Numbered from the stretch's first letter, positions 36,975-48,050 are shown. The stretch: 64,000 bases of DNA from an uncultured Candidatus Saccharibacteria bacterium (GCA_964446965.1 CAYUQD010000002.1:32689-96688), one strand, 5' to 3'. The notes: a model not told the origin generated them from the letters alone. Numbers and translations are program-made.

Positions 36975-37928
36975 ATGCAAAAAATAGGCGTACTACGCGG
37001 CGGACCAGGAGATGAATATTTTCTTTCATTAGAGAGTGGTGCGCGTATTATGAAGGCGTTGCAAAAAGAAGGCTACGATGTCCTCGACATGCTCGTCGAC
37101 AAAGAAGGCATTCTGCATATCAAAGGTATCCCCGCATCGATCGAACAAATCTCTGACGAAGTAGATATGGTGTGGAATGCTATTCATGGAGAGGTGGGAG
37201 AATACGGCCGCATTCAGAAACTCCTCGAAGAGATAGGTATCCCGTACGCAGGCTCTGGTCCTGACGCATCTATGGTGACCGCCAACAAACTTCTCGCCAA
37301 GGATCATGCGCGCGATATCGGACTCAAGACTCCGGACGCAGTACTCGTCATGCCAGATGGTACCGAGAGTGTTGCGGCTATTACTCAAAATATCTACAAG
37401 CGCATGTCACCTCCATGGGTGCTCAAGCCTCTCGTGGGTGGTGCATCGATCAATACATACTTTGCCTTCACTCCACTCGAGCTCGCACAGTTCGTCGAAG
37501 AGAGTGTGACACATGGACAGAATTTCATTGTGGAGCAGTATATCTATGGGAGAGAAGCATCAGTCGGAGTGATCGATGGATTTCGCGGCCAAGACAACTA
37601 TGTATTGCCAGTGGTCGAACTCAAGAGTCCGAGCAAAGGTGTCCTCACCCACGACGCTCGCAAGGATGATGGACACGCAGTTGTTGGTGGCGGATTTCGT
37701 ACTGACGAACGCGAGCAACTCAGCGCACTCGCAAAACAACTCCACACTCACATCGGTGCAAAGGATTACTCTCAATCAGAGTTCATTATCGATAAATATG
37801 GCAAGATCTGGTACATCGAGACAGACACAGTGCCACACATGGGGGATCACAATGCATTCGTCAAAGCACTCAAGCATGTCGGGAGCTCAGTCGGAGAGTT
37901 TGTGAAATCTATTATTGGGAGAAAATAG
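36975..37928 (+). CDS. ddl: D-alanine--D-alanine ligase
   Basis: MQKIGVLRGGPGDEY... ATP-grasp fold. ORF-track start at 36837 trimmed to ATG at 36975. Confidence 0.8.
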   Translation: MQKIGVLRGGPGDEYFLSLESGARIMKALQKEGYDVLDMLVDKEGILHIKGIPASIEQISDEVDMVWNAIHGEVGEYGRIQKLLEEIGIPYAGSGPDASMVTANKLLAKDHARDIGLKTPDAVLVMPDGTESVAAITQNIYKRMSPPWVLKPLVGGASINTYFAFTPLELAQFVEESVTHGQNFIVEQYIYGREASVGVIDGFRGQDNYVLPVVELKSPSKGVLTHDARKDDGHAVVGGGFRTDEREQLSALAKQLHTHIGAKDYSQSEFIIDKYGKIWYIETDTVPHMGDHNAFVKALKHVGSSVGEFVKSIIGRK

Positions 37929-37986
37929 GTTTTTTTAATAAATTCCTCGAGGGTTGATACCTATCTATATATAGTATACTTCTAGT

Positions 37987-38988
37987 ATGGACCACAAAAA
38001 ATTACAACCGCTATTTTTCTTCTTGTCACTAGGTACGGTCATTGCGCTTATCGTGAGTGTGTCGGCATTGCTCAACCTCTCCTTTGAGACACTCAACCAC
38101 GCACTCCCCGATGTGCTTACTGATAGCTATCAGTATGGATACGCGAGTTATAGCTACGATGGTGTACGAAGTGCACTCGCCCTGCTTATTATCGTGTTCC
38201 CGGTGTACCTCATTCTCGATCGTGCATGGTTTCGCCAATCCAAGAAAATGGAGGGTTGGAACAGTACGCTCCGCAAATGGGCGATCTATCTCGTCTTGTT
38301 CCTCGCAAGTATCACTATCCTCACCGATCTCGTAATACTCGTCCGATACTTTGTCTCAGGCGAGATTACCGCGCGCTTTCTCTGGAAAGTAGGTATCACA
38401 CTGGTAGTTGCTGGCAAGGTTGGCTACTACTATGTGCGAGTATTGATGGACAAGGCGACACGTGCTTGGCGCACTATCTATCTCGTCGGGTGGGTACTCC
38501 TCGCGCTCGCTGTCCTCATCTGGAGTTTCTCAGTGATCGGCTCACCAATGAATCAACGCAAACTCCGTATGGATCAGCGTCGTACCGAGGATTTGCAGTC
38601 GATACAGTGGCAGGTGATCAGCTACTGGCAACAAAAGGAGAAGTTACCCGAGACGCTCGCCGAGCTCAACAATCCACTCTCGAGCTATATGGTGCCGCGA
38701 GATCCCGAATTTCAAAAAGGTGCGGTATATGAATATTCCAAGACTGGCGCGATGAGTTTTGCGCTCTGTGCGACATATGATCTCCCACAACCAGAAGGGT
38801 GGGTACCGGGAAGTAGTGGGGGAGGATATTATCCGATGGATGGTATGCGTGATGTTGCAGTATCTGCGGTCGCACCATATCCAGGTATCGGAGGCGACAC
38901 ATGGGATCACGAGACTGGACGTACCTGTTTCGACAGAACAATAGATCCCGAACTCTATCCTCCGTTTCCAAAAGCGGTGAAGGGATAG
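37987..38988 (+). CDS. hypothetical polytopic membrane protein with C-terminal Gly/Pro/Tyr-rich extracellular tail
   Basis: At least six predicted TM helices. No family recognised. Confidence 0.45.
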   Translation: MDHKKLQPLFFFLSLGTVIALIVSVSALLNLSFETLNHALPDVLTDSYQYGYASYSYDGVRSALALLIIVFPVYLILDRAWFRQSKKMEGWNSTLRKWAIYLVLFLASITILTDLVILVRYFVSGEITARFLWKVGITLVVAGKVGYYYVRVLMDKATRAWRTIYLVGWVLLALAVLIWSFSVIGSPMNQRKLRMDQRRTEDLQSIQWQVISYWQQKEKLPETLAELNNPLSSYMVPRDPEFQKGAVYEYSKTGAMSFALCATYDLPQPEGWVPGSSGGGYYPMDGMRDVAVSAVAPYPGIGGDTWDHETGRTCFDRTIDPELYPPFPKAVKG

Positions 38989-39082
38989 TACACTACTACA
39001 CGGTATTTTCTTTTTATAAAATAAATTACATTGTATGTGGGCATCAGCATCCTTTTTGGGTTATTGGTGGAAACGCTAATCT

Positions 39083-39111
39083 AAAGACCTTCAGTGTGAA
39101 GGTCTTTTTTA
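39083..39111 (+). terminator. intrinsic terminator (AAGACCTTCAgtgTGAAGGTCTT plus T6)
   Basis: 10-bp perfect stem plus U-run. Confidence 0.7.
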
Positions 39112-39149
39112 TTTGCTACAAACCCCTTTTTGTGGAAAAATGAACTTCT

Positions 39150-41477
39150 ATGAATGAGTCCTATGACCACAAGGCAATAGAGCAGAAATGGCAGAAAGAA
39201 TGGCAGGACACACAACTCTACAAAGTCAATGATACTGTAGTCGGTAAAGAGAATTTCTACATGCTCGTAGAGTTCAGCTACCCATCAGGTAATCTCCATG
39301 TCGGTCACTGGTATACATTTGCGGTGCCAGATATCTATGCTCGCTACAAGCGCATGAAAGGATTCAATGTGTTGTATCCTACTGGATTTGACGCATTCGG
39401 ACTTCCTGCTGAGAATGCCGCGATCAAACTTGGCGCTGACCCCAAGGTCTGGACCTATGAACAAATGGAAAAGATGCGTACTCAGCTACGCACGATGGGA
39501 GCAATGTTTGATTGGTCTCGTGAAGTCGTGACTTGTGCACCAGAGTATTACAAATGGACGCAGTGGATGTTCAACCAATTCCTTGCGCACGATCTCGTGT
39601 ATCGCGATACAACTATGGTCAACTGGTGTCCCAGAGATCAGACGATCCTCGCAAACGAGCAGGTGGTAGATGGGAAGTGTGAACGGTGTGGTAGTGATGT
39701 TATCCAACGTGAACAGCCACAATGGATGCTCCGTATTACAAAATTTGCTGACGAACTACTCAATGATCTCACTGAACTGGATTGGCCACATGCTATCAAA
39801 GAAAGTCAGCGCAATTGGATCGGCAAAAATGAAGGGACACTCGTCAAGTTTCGTATTGCCGAAAGCGATACGTCTATAGAAGTATTTACAACTCGTATCG
39901 ATACTATTATGGGAGTGACGTTCGTTGTACTCGCACCAGAACATTCGCTTGTACAACAGTTGTTGTCTCAAATCGCAAACAAGGACGCCGTACTCGCATA
40001 TATAGAGAGTACAAAAAAGAAATCTGAGCTTGATCGTCAGCAATCCAAAGAAAAGACCGGTGTGAAGCTTGAAGGTATATCTGTAGTAAATCCTGCAAAC
40101 AATGAAGAGGTACCGTTGTACATCGCAGACTACGTACTCGCTGGATACGGTACTGGTGCCGTCATGGGGGTACCACACCATGATGATCGTGATCGAGAGT
40201 TTGCGACAACACTTGGTATACGTGTCATCGATCAACCACTCGTCGACAAATTTGAGATATCAAAGAAAATAGGCGCAACCGCCCACAAGACATATCGTCT
40301 GCGTGACTGGGGTATCTCTCGTCAGCGGTATTGGGGTACTCCGATCCCAATCGTCTATGATCCTGACGGCAAGGCGCATCCAGTACCAGACGAGCACCTC
40401 CCATGGATTCTCCCCACTGATGTTGATCACACACCTGATGGTACAGCACCACTTGCGCGTAGCAAGGAACTGCACGAACGCACTGAGCGGATATTTGGTG
40501 CTGGGTGGAAACCTGAAGTAGAGACGATGGATGCGTTCGTGGACTCAACCTGGTATTTCTACCGATATCTAGATAGTCACAACGAATGGACATTTGCATC
40601 ACCTGAGAAAAGAAACATGTGGATGCCCATAGATCTCTATATGGGAGGTGCGGAGCATACGACCATGCACTTGTTGTATTCGAGATTTTGGACCAAGGCG
40701 CTCCATCGGCTCGGACTTGTCCAAGAATCAGAATCATTCAAGCTTCGTCGCAATCGCGGGCTCATCCTTGGTCCCGATGGCAACAAAATGAGTAAGTCAA
40801 AAGGCAACGTCATCAATCCCGACGAGATCGTCGAGCGTCTCGGTACAGACACTGTGCGCATGTATCTTGCATTCATGGGACCATACGGTACACCAGTCAA
40901 CTATCCATGGGATCCCAATGGTGTCGTCGGAGTACGTAGATTTCTCGAGCGTGTCTGGAAACTCAAGGACAAAATAGGGGACGGATCTATCACTGCTCAG
41001 TTGCACAAAACTATCAAGAAGATGACTGACGATATCGAAGACTACAAGTTCAACACCGCAATCGCTGCGATGATGATACTCATCAATGAATGGGAAAAAG
41101 CGCCTGTAATACTCGCCGCAGAATATCGTACGTTGCTCCAACTCCTCGCGCCGTTTGCGCCACATATGACCGAAGAATTGTGGCACATGCTACCAGATGA
41201 TCGAACGAACGTACCATATGGCACAAGACTCCCAAGTATTCACACGATAGAATGGCCACAATACAACCCGAGTCTCCTCATCGACGATACCCGCACCATC
41301 GGTATCCAGATCAATGGCAAGCTCCGTGCAGATCTCACGATCAGTACTGATGCTACCAAAGATGAGATACGAGCAGCTGCGCTCGCACTCCCGCGCATTG
41401 TCGAACTCACCAATGGGCAAACTATTACCAATGTGATTGTTGTCCCTGGACGTATCGTCAACATCGTTATCGACTAA
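39150..41477 (+). CDS. leuS: leucine--tRNA ligase
   Basis: YPSGNLHVGHWYTF (HIGH) and KMSKSKGN (KMSKS) motifs, 775 aa. Confidence 0.95.
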   Translation: MNESYDHKAIEQKWQKEWQDTQLYKVNDTVVGKENFYMLVEFSYPSGNLHVGHWYTFAVPDIYARYKRMKGFNVLYPTGFDAFGLPAENAAIKLGADPKVWTYEQMEKMRTQLRTMGAMFDWSREVVTCAPEYYKWTQWMFNQFLAHDLVYRDTTMVNWCPRDQTILANEQVVDGKCERCGSDVIQREQPQWMLRITKFADELLNDLTELDWPHAIKESQRNWIGKNEGTLVKFRIAESDTSIEVFTTRIDTIMGVTFVVLAPEHSLVQQLLSQIANKDAVLAYIESTKKKSELDRQQSKEKTGVKLEGISVVNPANNEEVPLYIADYVLAGYGTGAVMGVPHHDDRDREFATTLGIRVIDQPLVDKFEISKKIGATAHKTYRLRDWGISRQRYWGTPIPIVYDPDGKAHPVPDEHLPWILPTDVDHTPDGTAPLARSKELHERTERIFGAGWKPEVETMDAFVDSTWYFYRYLDSHNEWTFASPEKRNMWMPIDLYMGGAEHTTMHLLYSRFWTKALHRLGLVQESESFKLRRNRGLILGPDGNKMSKSKGNVINPDEIVERLGTDTVRMYLAFMGPYGTPVNYPWDPNGVVGVRRFLERVWKLKDKIGDGSITAQLHKTIKKMTDDIEDYKFNTAIAAMMILINEWEKAPVILAAEYRTLLQLLAPFAPHMTEELWHMLPDDRTNVPYGTRLPSIHTIEWPQYNPSLLIDDTRTIGIQINGKLRADLTISTDATKDEIRAAALALPRIVELTNGQTITNVIVVPGRIVNIVID

Positions 41478-41516
41478 CTTCCGAGCACGTCATTTGTGCG
41501 GTATGATAAACACTAT

Positions 41517-43826
41517 ATGTATCAATCTTCCCTCAAGCGCTTCAATAGTATTTCATTCTTTATTATTGTTGGACTGTGCGCAGTGTTGCCATTCATCTTT
41601 CTCACTAGCAACTGGGGAGCGATAACTGCAGTAAAGAGCGCGGTATTGTACGGAGCGGTATTTCTCGCGAGTGCATGCTGGTTGATCGCACAGTTTGTCG
41701 GAGGTACATTTGAGGTTCCAAAGCATCGAGCACTCATGTTTATCGGGGTATGGGTCATTCTCGCACTCACTAGTGCACTCGCCTCTGCCAATCATAGCGT
41801 CTCATTGTGGGGGAGAGGGTTCTCGCTCGACTCATGGGCGACGACACTTGTGCTGGGGGTCTTTGCATTCCTTGTAGCGTCATTTGCTCGTGAGCAAAAG
41901 AGGCTCGTCACTATCTTTCTTGCGGCGTTCACGGGGTCCGTCATTGCGCTTGTGTTGCAGGTGAGCTTTTTTCTAGCAAAGAATACTGCATTCGTTACAA
42001 AATACTTTGGACACATTGCAACCCAAGGGACTCTCCTAGGGAGTTGGGTAGATTTTGCATATGCGGCTGCGATGACATTTGTTCTCGCACTTATGATGTA
42101 CGAAGTCTTGTCTCCCAAGGGGTTCTTCAGAAGCTTCTCACTCGCCGCGATGGTGCTGTCAGTTATTGTACTTGTCTTTCTCAATTTCAAGGCGGCATGG
42201 ATCATTGCAGTGGTGTCGTCTCTCCTCGTCTTTGTGTACAAATCGTCGGTAGAACGATCGGTGTCGAAACTTTTTCCAAAGCAGTTTGATACATCAGCTG
42301 AGAGTTCTACCCGCTTTCCCATTGCGTCTTTTGCGGCACTGCTCATTTCGCTATTCTTTGTACTTACGAGTGCTTCTGTGGGGGTACGGATAGCACAGCG
42401 AGTGGGGATCAACTTTACCGATGTGCGCCCTTCATTTACAACCACAAACCATGTCGCTGGTGCTACGTTGCGAAGGGACCCATTACTTGGTGCGGGTGCG
42501 GGACGATTTGGGGAGATGTGGGAGCTCTATCGACCACTCGAGGTCAATCAGACAGAGTTTTGGAATGTGCGGTTTGAGTCAGGGTATAGCATGTTCCAGA
42601 CCATGGGTACGACCAATGGTATTCTCGTCGTCATTGCATTCCTCTGTGTGATGGCTGCAGTAGTGATCCATGGCTTCACGATGTTTAGCTACAAGTTCCC
42701 CGATGCATTCAGCCGCTTCATCGCAGTATCTTCATTGATTATGGTGGTGTCATTTGTGGGACTTTATATATTCTTTTCTCCGGGAATAGTACTTGTTGTA
42801 TGGGGCTTCATGTACATCGGACTCCTTGTGGGAGTATCGACTCTGGTCAAACGTACTACCACTATCACCATTACGTATCTCAAGGATCCCCGCACAAGTT
42901 TCTTTGCGATACTGCTCTTGGTAGTTGCCACTATTGCTGCCTGTGGCGCTACATATGCAACGGGCAATAAATTTGCGAGCATTACATACTACAACCGAGC
43001 ACTCCTTGCTACCGATATTGCAGTGAGCAAGGCGCACCTTGATCGAGCGATCAGACTATCGACCAATGATGTATATCTGCGTACACGTGCAGCGCTTGCG
43101 GTCCAAGAGTTTGCGACTACCGCACAGACTGATGCGTCCAACAAGGCGTCGTTGCAGCGTGCATTCTCAGAAGCAGAATCATATGCCCAAGCCGCAGTGG
43201 CATGGGATAGAACTTCTGCGACCAACTGGCTCGGTCTCAGTCAGGTATATCAGCTCATTGCTTCTGCAAATGACAATGATGCATATAGTGCTGCCGTCCA
43301 AGCAGTCGAACAGGCAGTTGCTCGTAGTCCATACAATCCCCAGTATCGATATAGTCAGGCCGAGATAGCACTGACCAAGGCAGATACAACGAGTGCGCTT
43401 GCGTTCATTGCGCAGGCGATAGAGCTCAAGCCCAATTATCTCGCCGCATACGTCTTGCGCGCGCAGGTACGACTCAAGGCAGGCGAGACTGATGCTCCTG
43501 TCCAAGAACTCATGTCGTATATCAAGGTTGCTCCCTACGATGCAAGTGCATATCTCTTGCTCGGACAAGCTTTCACTTCGGCACAGCAATACTCTCGTGC
43601 CCTCGAAGCATTCAAGTATGCTCGGGAGATCAACTCAACTGACCCCAACGCGCTCCTCGGTATTATCAACACATATTCTTCTCTCGGCAATACCACAGAG
43701 GCACTCCGTGCGCTTGACGAATTTGCGCAACAATTTCCCAATGTCACCGGTGTCGCAGAGAGGCGCGCGCAACTCCAGTCATTCCAAACCCCAGTACAAA
43801 CCACTGAAGAACAAAAGAATCCATGA
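41517..43826 (+). CDS. O-antigen-ligase (Wzy_C)-like polytopic membrane protein with C-terminal TPR repeats
   Basis: About 12 TM helices followed by TPR-like repeats (AYVLRAQVRLKAG..., AYLLLGQAFTSAQQYSRALEAF...). The GTG at 41496 is an alternative start. Confidence 0.6.
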   Translation: MYQSSLKRFNSISFFIIVGLCAVLPFIFLTSNWGAITAVKSAVLYGAVFLASACWLIAQFVGGTFEVPKHRALMFIGVWVILALTSALASANHSVSLWGRGFSLDSWATTLVLGVFAFLVASFAREQKRLVTIFLAAFTGSVIALVLQVSFFLAKNTAFVTKYFGHIATQGTLLGSWVDFAYAAAMTFVLALMMYEVLSPKGFFRSFSLAAMVLSVIVLVFLNFKAAWIIAVVSSLLVFVYKSSVERSVSKLFPKQFDTSAESSTRFPIASFAALLISLFFVLTSASVGVRIAQRVGINFTDVRPSFTTTNHVAGATLRRDPLLGAGAGRFGEMWELYRPLEVNQTEFWNVRFESGYSMFQTMGTTNGILVVIAFLCVMAAVVIHGFTMFSYKFPDAFSRFIAVSSLIMVVSFVGLYIFFSPGIVLVVWGFMYIGLLVGVSTLVKRTTTITITYLKDPRTSFFAILLLVVATIAACGATYATGNKFASITYYNRALLATDIAVSKAHLDRAIRLSTNDVYLRTRAALAVQEFATTAQTDASNKASLQRAFSEAESYAQAAVAWDRTSATNWLGLSQVYQLIASANDNDAYSAAVQAVEQAVARSPYNPQYRYSQAEIALTKADTTSALAFIAQAIELKPNYLAAYVLRAQVRLKAGETDAPVQELMSYIKVAPYDASAYLLLGQAFTSAQQYSRALEAFKYAREINSTDPNALLGIINTYSSLGNTTEALRALDEFAQQFPNVTGVAERRAQLQSFQTPVQTTEEQKNP

Positions 43827-45529
43827 TGGTATCCCGCTTCTTCAAATTACTCAATCGTGATGTGACGAGCATGAACCAAGCCGCGCTCGTGCTTGCGGTG
43901 TTTTCGATTGTTTCGCAACTCTTTGGACTTATACGCGATCGACTCCTTGCCTCTCTCGTCGGACCTTCGGCATCATTGGATATTTATTATGCTGCATTTC
44001 GTATACCAGATTTTATTTACAATTCATTCGGAGTACTCTTTTCATTGACGGTACTCATCCCATTTATTTCTCAGTATATGGAAGAAGAAAAGTCCACCGG
44101 CAAGGCGCATGCTCTCAAGCACTTTCTCAATACAGTCTTCACAGTATTTTCTCTCGGCATGGTGCTCATCTGTCTCATCGCATTTGTCTGTATGCCGTGG
44201 CTTACTCATCTGACAGCGCCAGGATTTGATGTGGGTGCTCGAGCGACCTTGGTGCTGTATTCACGTATTATGCTCATCTCACCATTCTTTTTTGGATTAT
44301 CGAGTTTGTTGTCGTCATTTGCACAGGTCCAAAAGAAATTCTTTTCATTTGCGATTGCGCCATTGTTTTATAGTTTTGGGATATTGGTTGGGGTTGTACT
44401 CTTTCGAGAGTGGTGGGGGATGATAGGGGTGGTGATCGGAGTTGTTGTGGGGGCGTTCATGTACTTCCTCGTACAAGTACCAACATTGTACGAGCTCGGC
44501 AAGATCCCGCAGTTTGTACGAGTTATTGATTGGGGGTTGATACGCCGCATTATGAAGCTCTCGCTGCCACGGACTCTAGGGTCGTCACTCTCGAACCTTA
44601 CATTCATCGCGATGGGCGCATTTGCATCAGTCCTTGCGGTGGGGTCTATATCTATTTTCCAGTTTTCATACAACATTGAGAATACACCACTGCTCATCAT
44701 CGGTATCTCGTATGCTGTTGCGGCATTCCCGACGATGAGTCGGCTCTTCTCCGAAGGTAATAAAAAGGAGCTGCTCCAAGTCCTCGAGAGCGCCGTACGC
44801 AATATATGTTTTCTCGCGATCCCTGCGTCACTCCTCATGATCGTGCTTCGTGCACATGTTGTACGTGTACTCCTCGGGACCGGAGCGTTCTCGTGGAATG
44901 ATACCCGACTCGTCGCTGCTGCTGTGGCGTTATTCTCGATATCGATCGTTGCGCAGTGTATCGTACTCCTCATGGTGCGCGCATTTTATGCAACAGGGGA
45001 GACACGAGCACCGCTGCGTATCAACGCGCTGGGTCTCATTGTGACAATAGTTGCCGCGGTGGTACTTCTCATTTCATATCGCGACATTCCATTCTTCCAT
45101 TATTTCATCGATAGTCTGATGCGTATCGAAGGAGTAGAGGGGAGTACGGTCATCATGCTGCCACTTGCATTCTCGATCGGGCAGATCGTCAACGCAGTGT
45201 TGTTGTGGAGAGCATTCGCTCGCCGACTCCACGGCTCTCGAGCTGCGCATACAGCGCTCGGTCGCACTATCTCGCATATGCTTGCCGCAGGTATCATCAG
45301 TGCGGCGGCAACGTATGCGACATTGCGGGCGGTAGGGACGGGGGTAGACCAGAGCCATGTTTTGGGAGTACTCATTCAGGCAGGTATTGCTGGAGCAATA
45401 GGACTCATTGTCTACGCAATAATACTCATCGCACTACGCAACCAGGACATCACCCTATTTATTGCGACTATTCGCTCCAAGTTCTGGAAACAGCGCCCAA
45501 TGGTCGTCCCACAGCAGCAGGATCTATAA
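43823..45529 (+). CDS. murJ: lipid II flippase MurJ/MviN
   Basis: 14-TM MOP-superfamily pattern, LDIYYAAFRIPDF N-terminal motif. Confidence 0.8.
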   Translation: MMVSRFFKLLNRDVTSMNQAALVLAVFSIVSQLFGLIRDRLLASLVGPSASLDIYYAAFRIPDFIYNSFGVLFSLTVLIPFISQYMEEEKSTGKAHALKHFLNTVFTVFSLGMVLICLIAFVCMPWLTHLTAPGFDVGARATLVLYSRIMLISPFFFGLSSLLSSFAQVQKKFFSFAIAPLFYSFGILVGVVLFREWWGMIGVVIGVVVGAFMYFLVQVPTLYELGKIPQFVRVIDWGLIRRIMKLSLPRTLGSSLSNLTFIAMGAFASVLAVGSISIFQFSYNIENTPLLIIGISYAVAAFPTMSRLFSEGNKKELLQVLESAVRNICFLAIPASLLMIVLRAHVVRVLLGTGAFSWNDTRLVAAAVALFSISIVAQCIVLLMVRAFYATGETRAPLRINALGLIVTIVAAVVLLISYRDIPFFHYFIDSLMRIEGVEGSTVIMLPLAFSIGQIVNAVLLWRAFARRLHGSRAAHTALGRTISHMLAAGIISAAATYATLRAVGTGVDQSHVLGVLIQAGIAGAIGLIVYAIILIALRNQDITLFIATIRSKFWKQRPMVVPQQQDL

Positions 45530-45553
45530 GATATATTTTCTAACAAGTCGCTG

Positions 45554-45581
45554 AAATACCCTTGATTATAAGGGTATTTTT
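45554..45581 (+). terminator. intrinsic terminator (AAATACCCTTgattatAAGGGTATTT plus T)
   Basis: 10-bp stem plus U-run after murJ. Confidence 0.65.
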
Positions 45582-45583
45582 AA

Positions 45584-45613
45584 TTGACAAAAAGACAAAA
45601 TAATGATATAATA
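45584..45613 (+). promoter_or_regulatory. consensus sigma70 promoter (TTGACA, 18 nt spacer, TATAAT)
   Basis: TTGACA at 45584-45589, TATAAT at 45608-45613. Confidence 0.55.
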
Positions 45614-45645
45614 TATTCAGTACTGAACCTTTAAAAAATCTATAT

Positions 45646-46164
45646 ATGAAAGTAATATTTTTCTTCACATTATTATTTGCAACGAAAAATATCTGTGCGC
45701 AAAACACTGTAACATTCCAGCAACTTATGTCGGGCAAATATGGACAACTCATAATGTCAGATCAATTCAAATCTGCCGTTGCGTCCCACATTCCCACCAA
45801 AAATGTATCTCTTCCGACTACATTCAAAAAGAATATTATTCCGAGGAGTTATATTCTAAAGAAAAGTATGAGCATAGATACTCTGGTGCATACATACCAT
45901 GCCCCTAATGCATTGGAGTTGCACGATCTCTCATCAATATTGGGAAGTTATGGCAAAGGGAACTTCAACAAGCTTACCTTTAGCAAAGATGTACCTACGA
46001 TAACGTTCGTGGTTTACAGAGGTGTGACTCGCACGGAGGAATACATTGTTGAGCTATACTTTTCGCCAACGAAAAACGCATGGGTACTCGAAGCATTTCC
46101 TGTTGGACCTATCATGGGTGAAAAGTCCCCGATCAACAAAGGAACACAATTTCTCACGTATTGA
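45646..46164 (+). CDS. hypothetical secreted protein, AT-rich, signal peptide ending ...NICAQ
   Basis: MKVIFFFTLLFATKNICAQ signal peptide. Own promoter and terminator. Confidence 0.5.
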   Translation: MKVIFFFTLLFATKNICAQNTVTFQQLMSGKYGQLIMSDQFKSAVASHIPTKNVSLPTTFKKNIIPRSYILKKSMSIDTLVHTYHAPNALELHDLSSILGSYGKGNFNKLTFSKDVPTITFVVYRGVTRTEEYIVELYFSPTKNAWVLEAFPVGPIMGEKSPINKGTQFLTY

Positions 46165-46185
46165 GTAGTACTCGCACAAATTCGC

Positions 46186-46209
46186 AAAGCCACTTCGGTG
46201 GCTTTTTTT
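46186..46209 (+). terminator. intrinsic terminator (AGCCACttcgGTGGCT plus T7)
   Basis: Hairpin plus TTTTTTT. Confidence 0.65.
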
Positions 46210-46253
46210 CTTTTCCCAAAAACACATTTTTCTGGTATAGTTTGCCCACATTT

Positions 46254-48050
46254 ATGGACTCAAACCACATCCGCAATTTTAGTATTATTGCCCATATCGA
46301 CCACGGCAAGTCAACGCTCGCCGACCGTATGCTCGAAGTCACGGGTACTATCGAAGCCCGCAAGATGCGTGATCAAGTCCTCGACTCGATGGAGCTCGAA
46401 CGCGAACGCGGTATCACGATCAAGATGCAGCCGGTCAGGATGAAGTATGCACACAACGGTGCAGACTACCTGCTCAACCTCATTGACACCCCAGGTCACA
46501 TCGACTTTTCATACGAAGTATCGCGCGCGCTCAAGGCGGTCGAAGGATCTCTCCTCCTCGTCGACGCAACCCAAGGGGTACAGGCACAGACACTCACGAC
46601 ACTCGAGATGGCGCGTAGTAGTGGCCTCGTTATCATTCCTGTCATTACCAAAGTTGATAGCCAACTCGCCCGTCCCGACGATATCAAACTCGAGATCGCA
46701 GAGCTCCTCGACTGTGATCCGGCAGATGTCATCGCTGTATCTGGTCGCACTGGGGAAGGTGTCGCAGAGCTCCTCGCTGCCATTATCGAACGCATCCCGC
46801 CACCAGTCATTGAGACAGTGGACGCATCTCCACAGGGACTTATCTTTGATTTCTCATATTCCAACCACAAGGGTGTCATTATCTTTACACGTCTCTATCA
46901 AGGCAGTATCAAAAAAGGGGATGAACTCATCTTTGCCGCGTCCAAACAAAAGTTCAACGTTCTCGAAGTCGGCGTCTTCACTCCCGAAGCCACCGCCACA
47001 GATGCTATCGCCGCTGGATCTATCGGCTACATCGTCACGGGTATCAAGCAGCCAGGTATCGCAGCGGTCGGAGATACGATCACGAGCTTCAAGAACCCTG
47101 CCCCATCTCTCGGTGGATACGAGCAACCCCGCCCTGTCGTATGGGCATCGATCTATCCGGAGAGTCAGGACGACTTTGACGAGCTCAAACTCGCGCTTGG
47201 CAAACTCCGTCTCTCCGACTCCTCATTTAGCTACGAAGAAGAAGTCTCTGGCGCACTCGGTCGGGGATATCGATGCGGATTTCTTGGGATGCTCCACCTT
47301 GAGATCATCAGTGAGCGATTGCGACGTGAATTCAACCTCGAGCTCATTGTGACGATTCCTTCTACTACATACGAAGTCATTCTCCGTGGTGGCAAGCAGG
47401 TGAAGGTGTATTCACCCCACCTCTTTCCTGATGATGGATCGATCCAGAGTATCGAAGAACCATGGGTTCGCGCATCGGTCATTGTACCGCTCCCGCAAGT
47501 CGGTATCCTGATGCCATTCCTCTACGAACACGAGGCAGAGGTCACTGATGTGGTCAACTTTGCGCATGATCGCTCCAAGGTTATCTGTCTCATGCCACTA
47601 CGTGAGATGATGCGCAACTTCTTTGATGAATTGAAAAGTCTGACTTCTGGATATGGATCAGTGTCATACGAGATCGCCGAGATGCGTAGTGCAGATGTGA
47701 CGCGTCTGGATATGATCATCGGGGATGAGGTACAGCCTGCATTCACTCGCATCATCTCACGACGTCGTGTCGAAGAAGACGCCAACGAATTTGTCGACAA
47801 ACTCGAGAAGCTCATGCCTCGTCAGCAAGTCGTCATGAAGATCCAAGCAAAGGCATTTGGGCGCATTGTAGCATCACGCACAATGAAGGCGTTCCGCAAG
47901 GATGTGACCGGACATCTGTATGGTGGTGACGTCTCGCGCAAAAACAAACTTCTCGATAAACAAAAGAAGGGAAAGAAAAAGATGCGCGAACACGCGACGG
48001 TGAACATCCCGCACGACGTCTTTATCAAAGTGATGCGAAATACTGAGTAG
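46254..48050 (+). CDS. lepA: elongation factor 4 (LepA)
   Basis: IRNFSIIAHIDHGKSTLADR G1 motif, DTPGHIDF, NKVD. ORF-track start at 46161 trimmed to ATG at 46254. Confidence 0.95.
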   Translation: MDSNHIRNFSIIAHIDHGKSTLADRMLEVTGTIEARKMRDQVLDSMELERERGITIKMQPVRMKYAHNGADYLLNLIDTPGHIDFSYEVSRALKAVEGSLLLVDATQGVQAQTLTTLEMARSSGLVIIPVITKVDSQLARPDDIKLEIAELLDCDPADVIAVSGRTGEGVAELLAAIIERIPPPVIETVDASPQGLIFDFSYSNHKGVIIFTRLYQGSIKKGDELIFAASKQKFNVLEVGVFTPEATATDAIAAGSIGYIVTGIKQPGIAAVGDTITSFKNPAPSLGGYEQPRPVVWASIYPESQDDFDELKLALGKLRLSDSSFSYEEEVSGALGRGYRCGFLGMLHLEIISERLRREFNLELIVTIPSTTYEVILRGGKQVKVYSPHLFPDDGSIQSIEEPWVRASVIVPLPQVGILMPFLYEHEAEVTDVVNFAHDRSKVICLMPLREMMRNFFDELKSLTSGYGSVSYEIAEMRSADVTRLDMIIGDEVQPAFTRIISRRRVEEDANEFVDKLEKLMPRQQVVMKIQAKAFGRIVASRTMKAFRKDVTGHLYGGDVSRKNKLLDKQKKGKKKMREHATVNIPHDVFIKVMRNTE

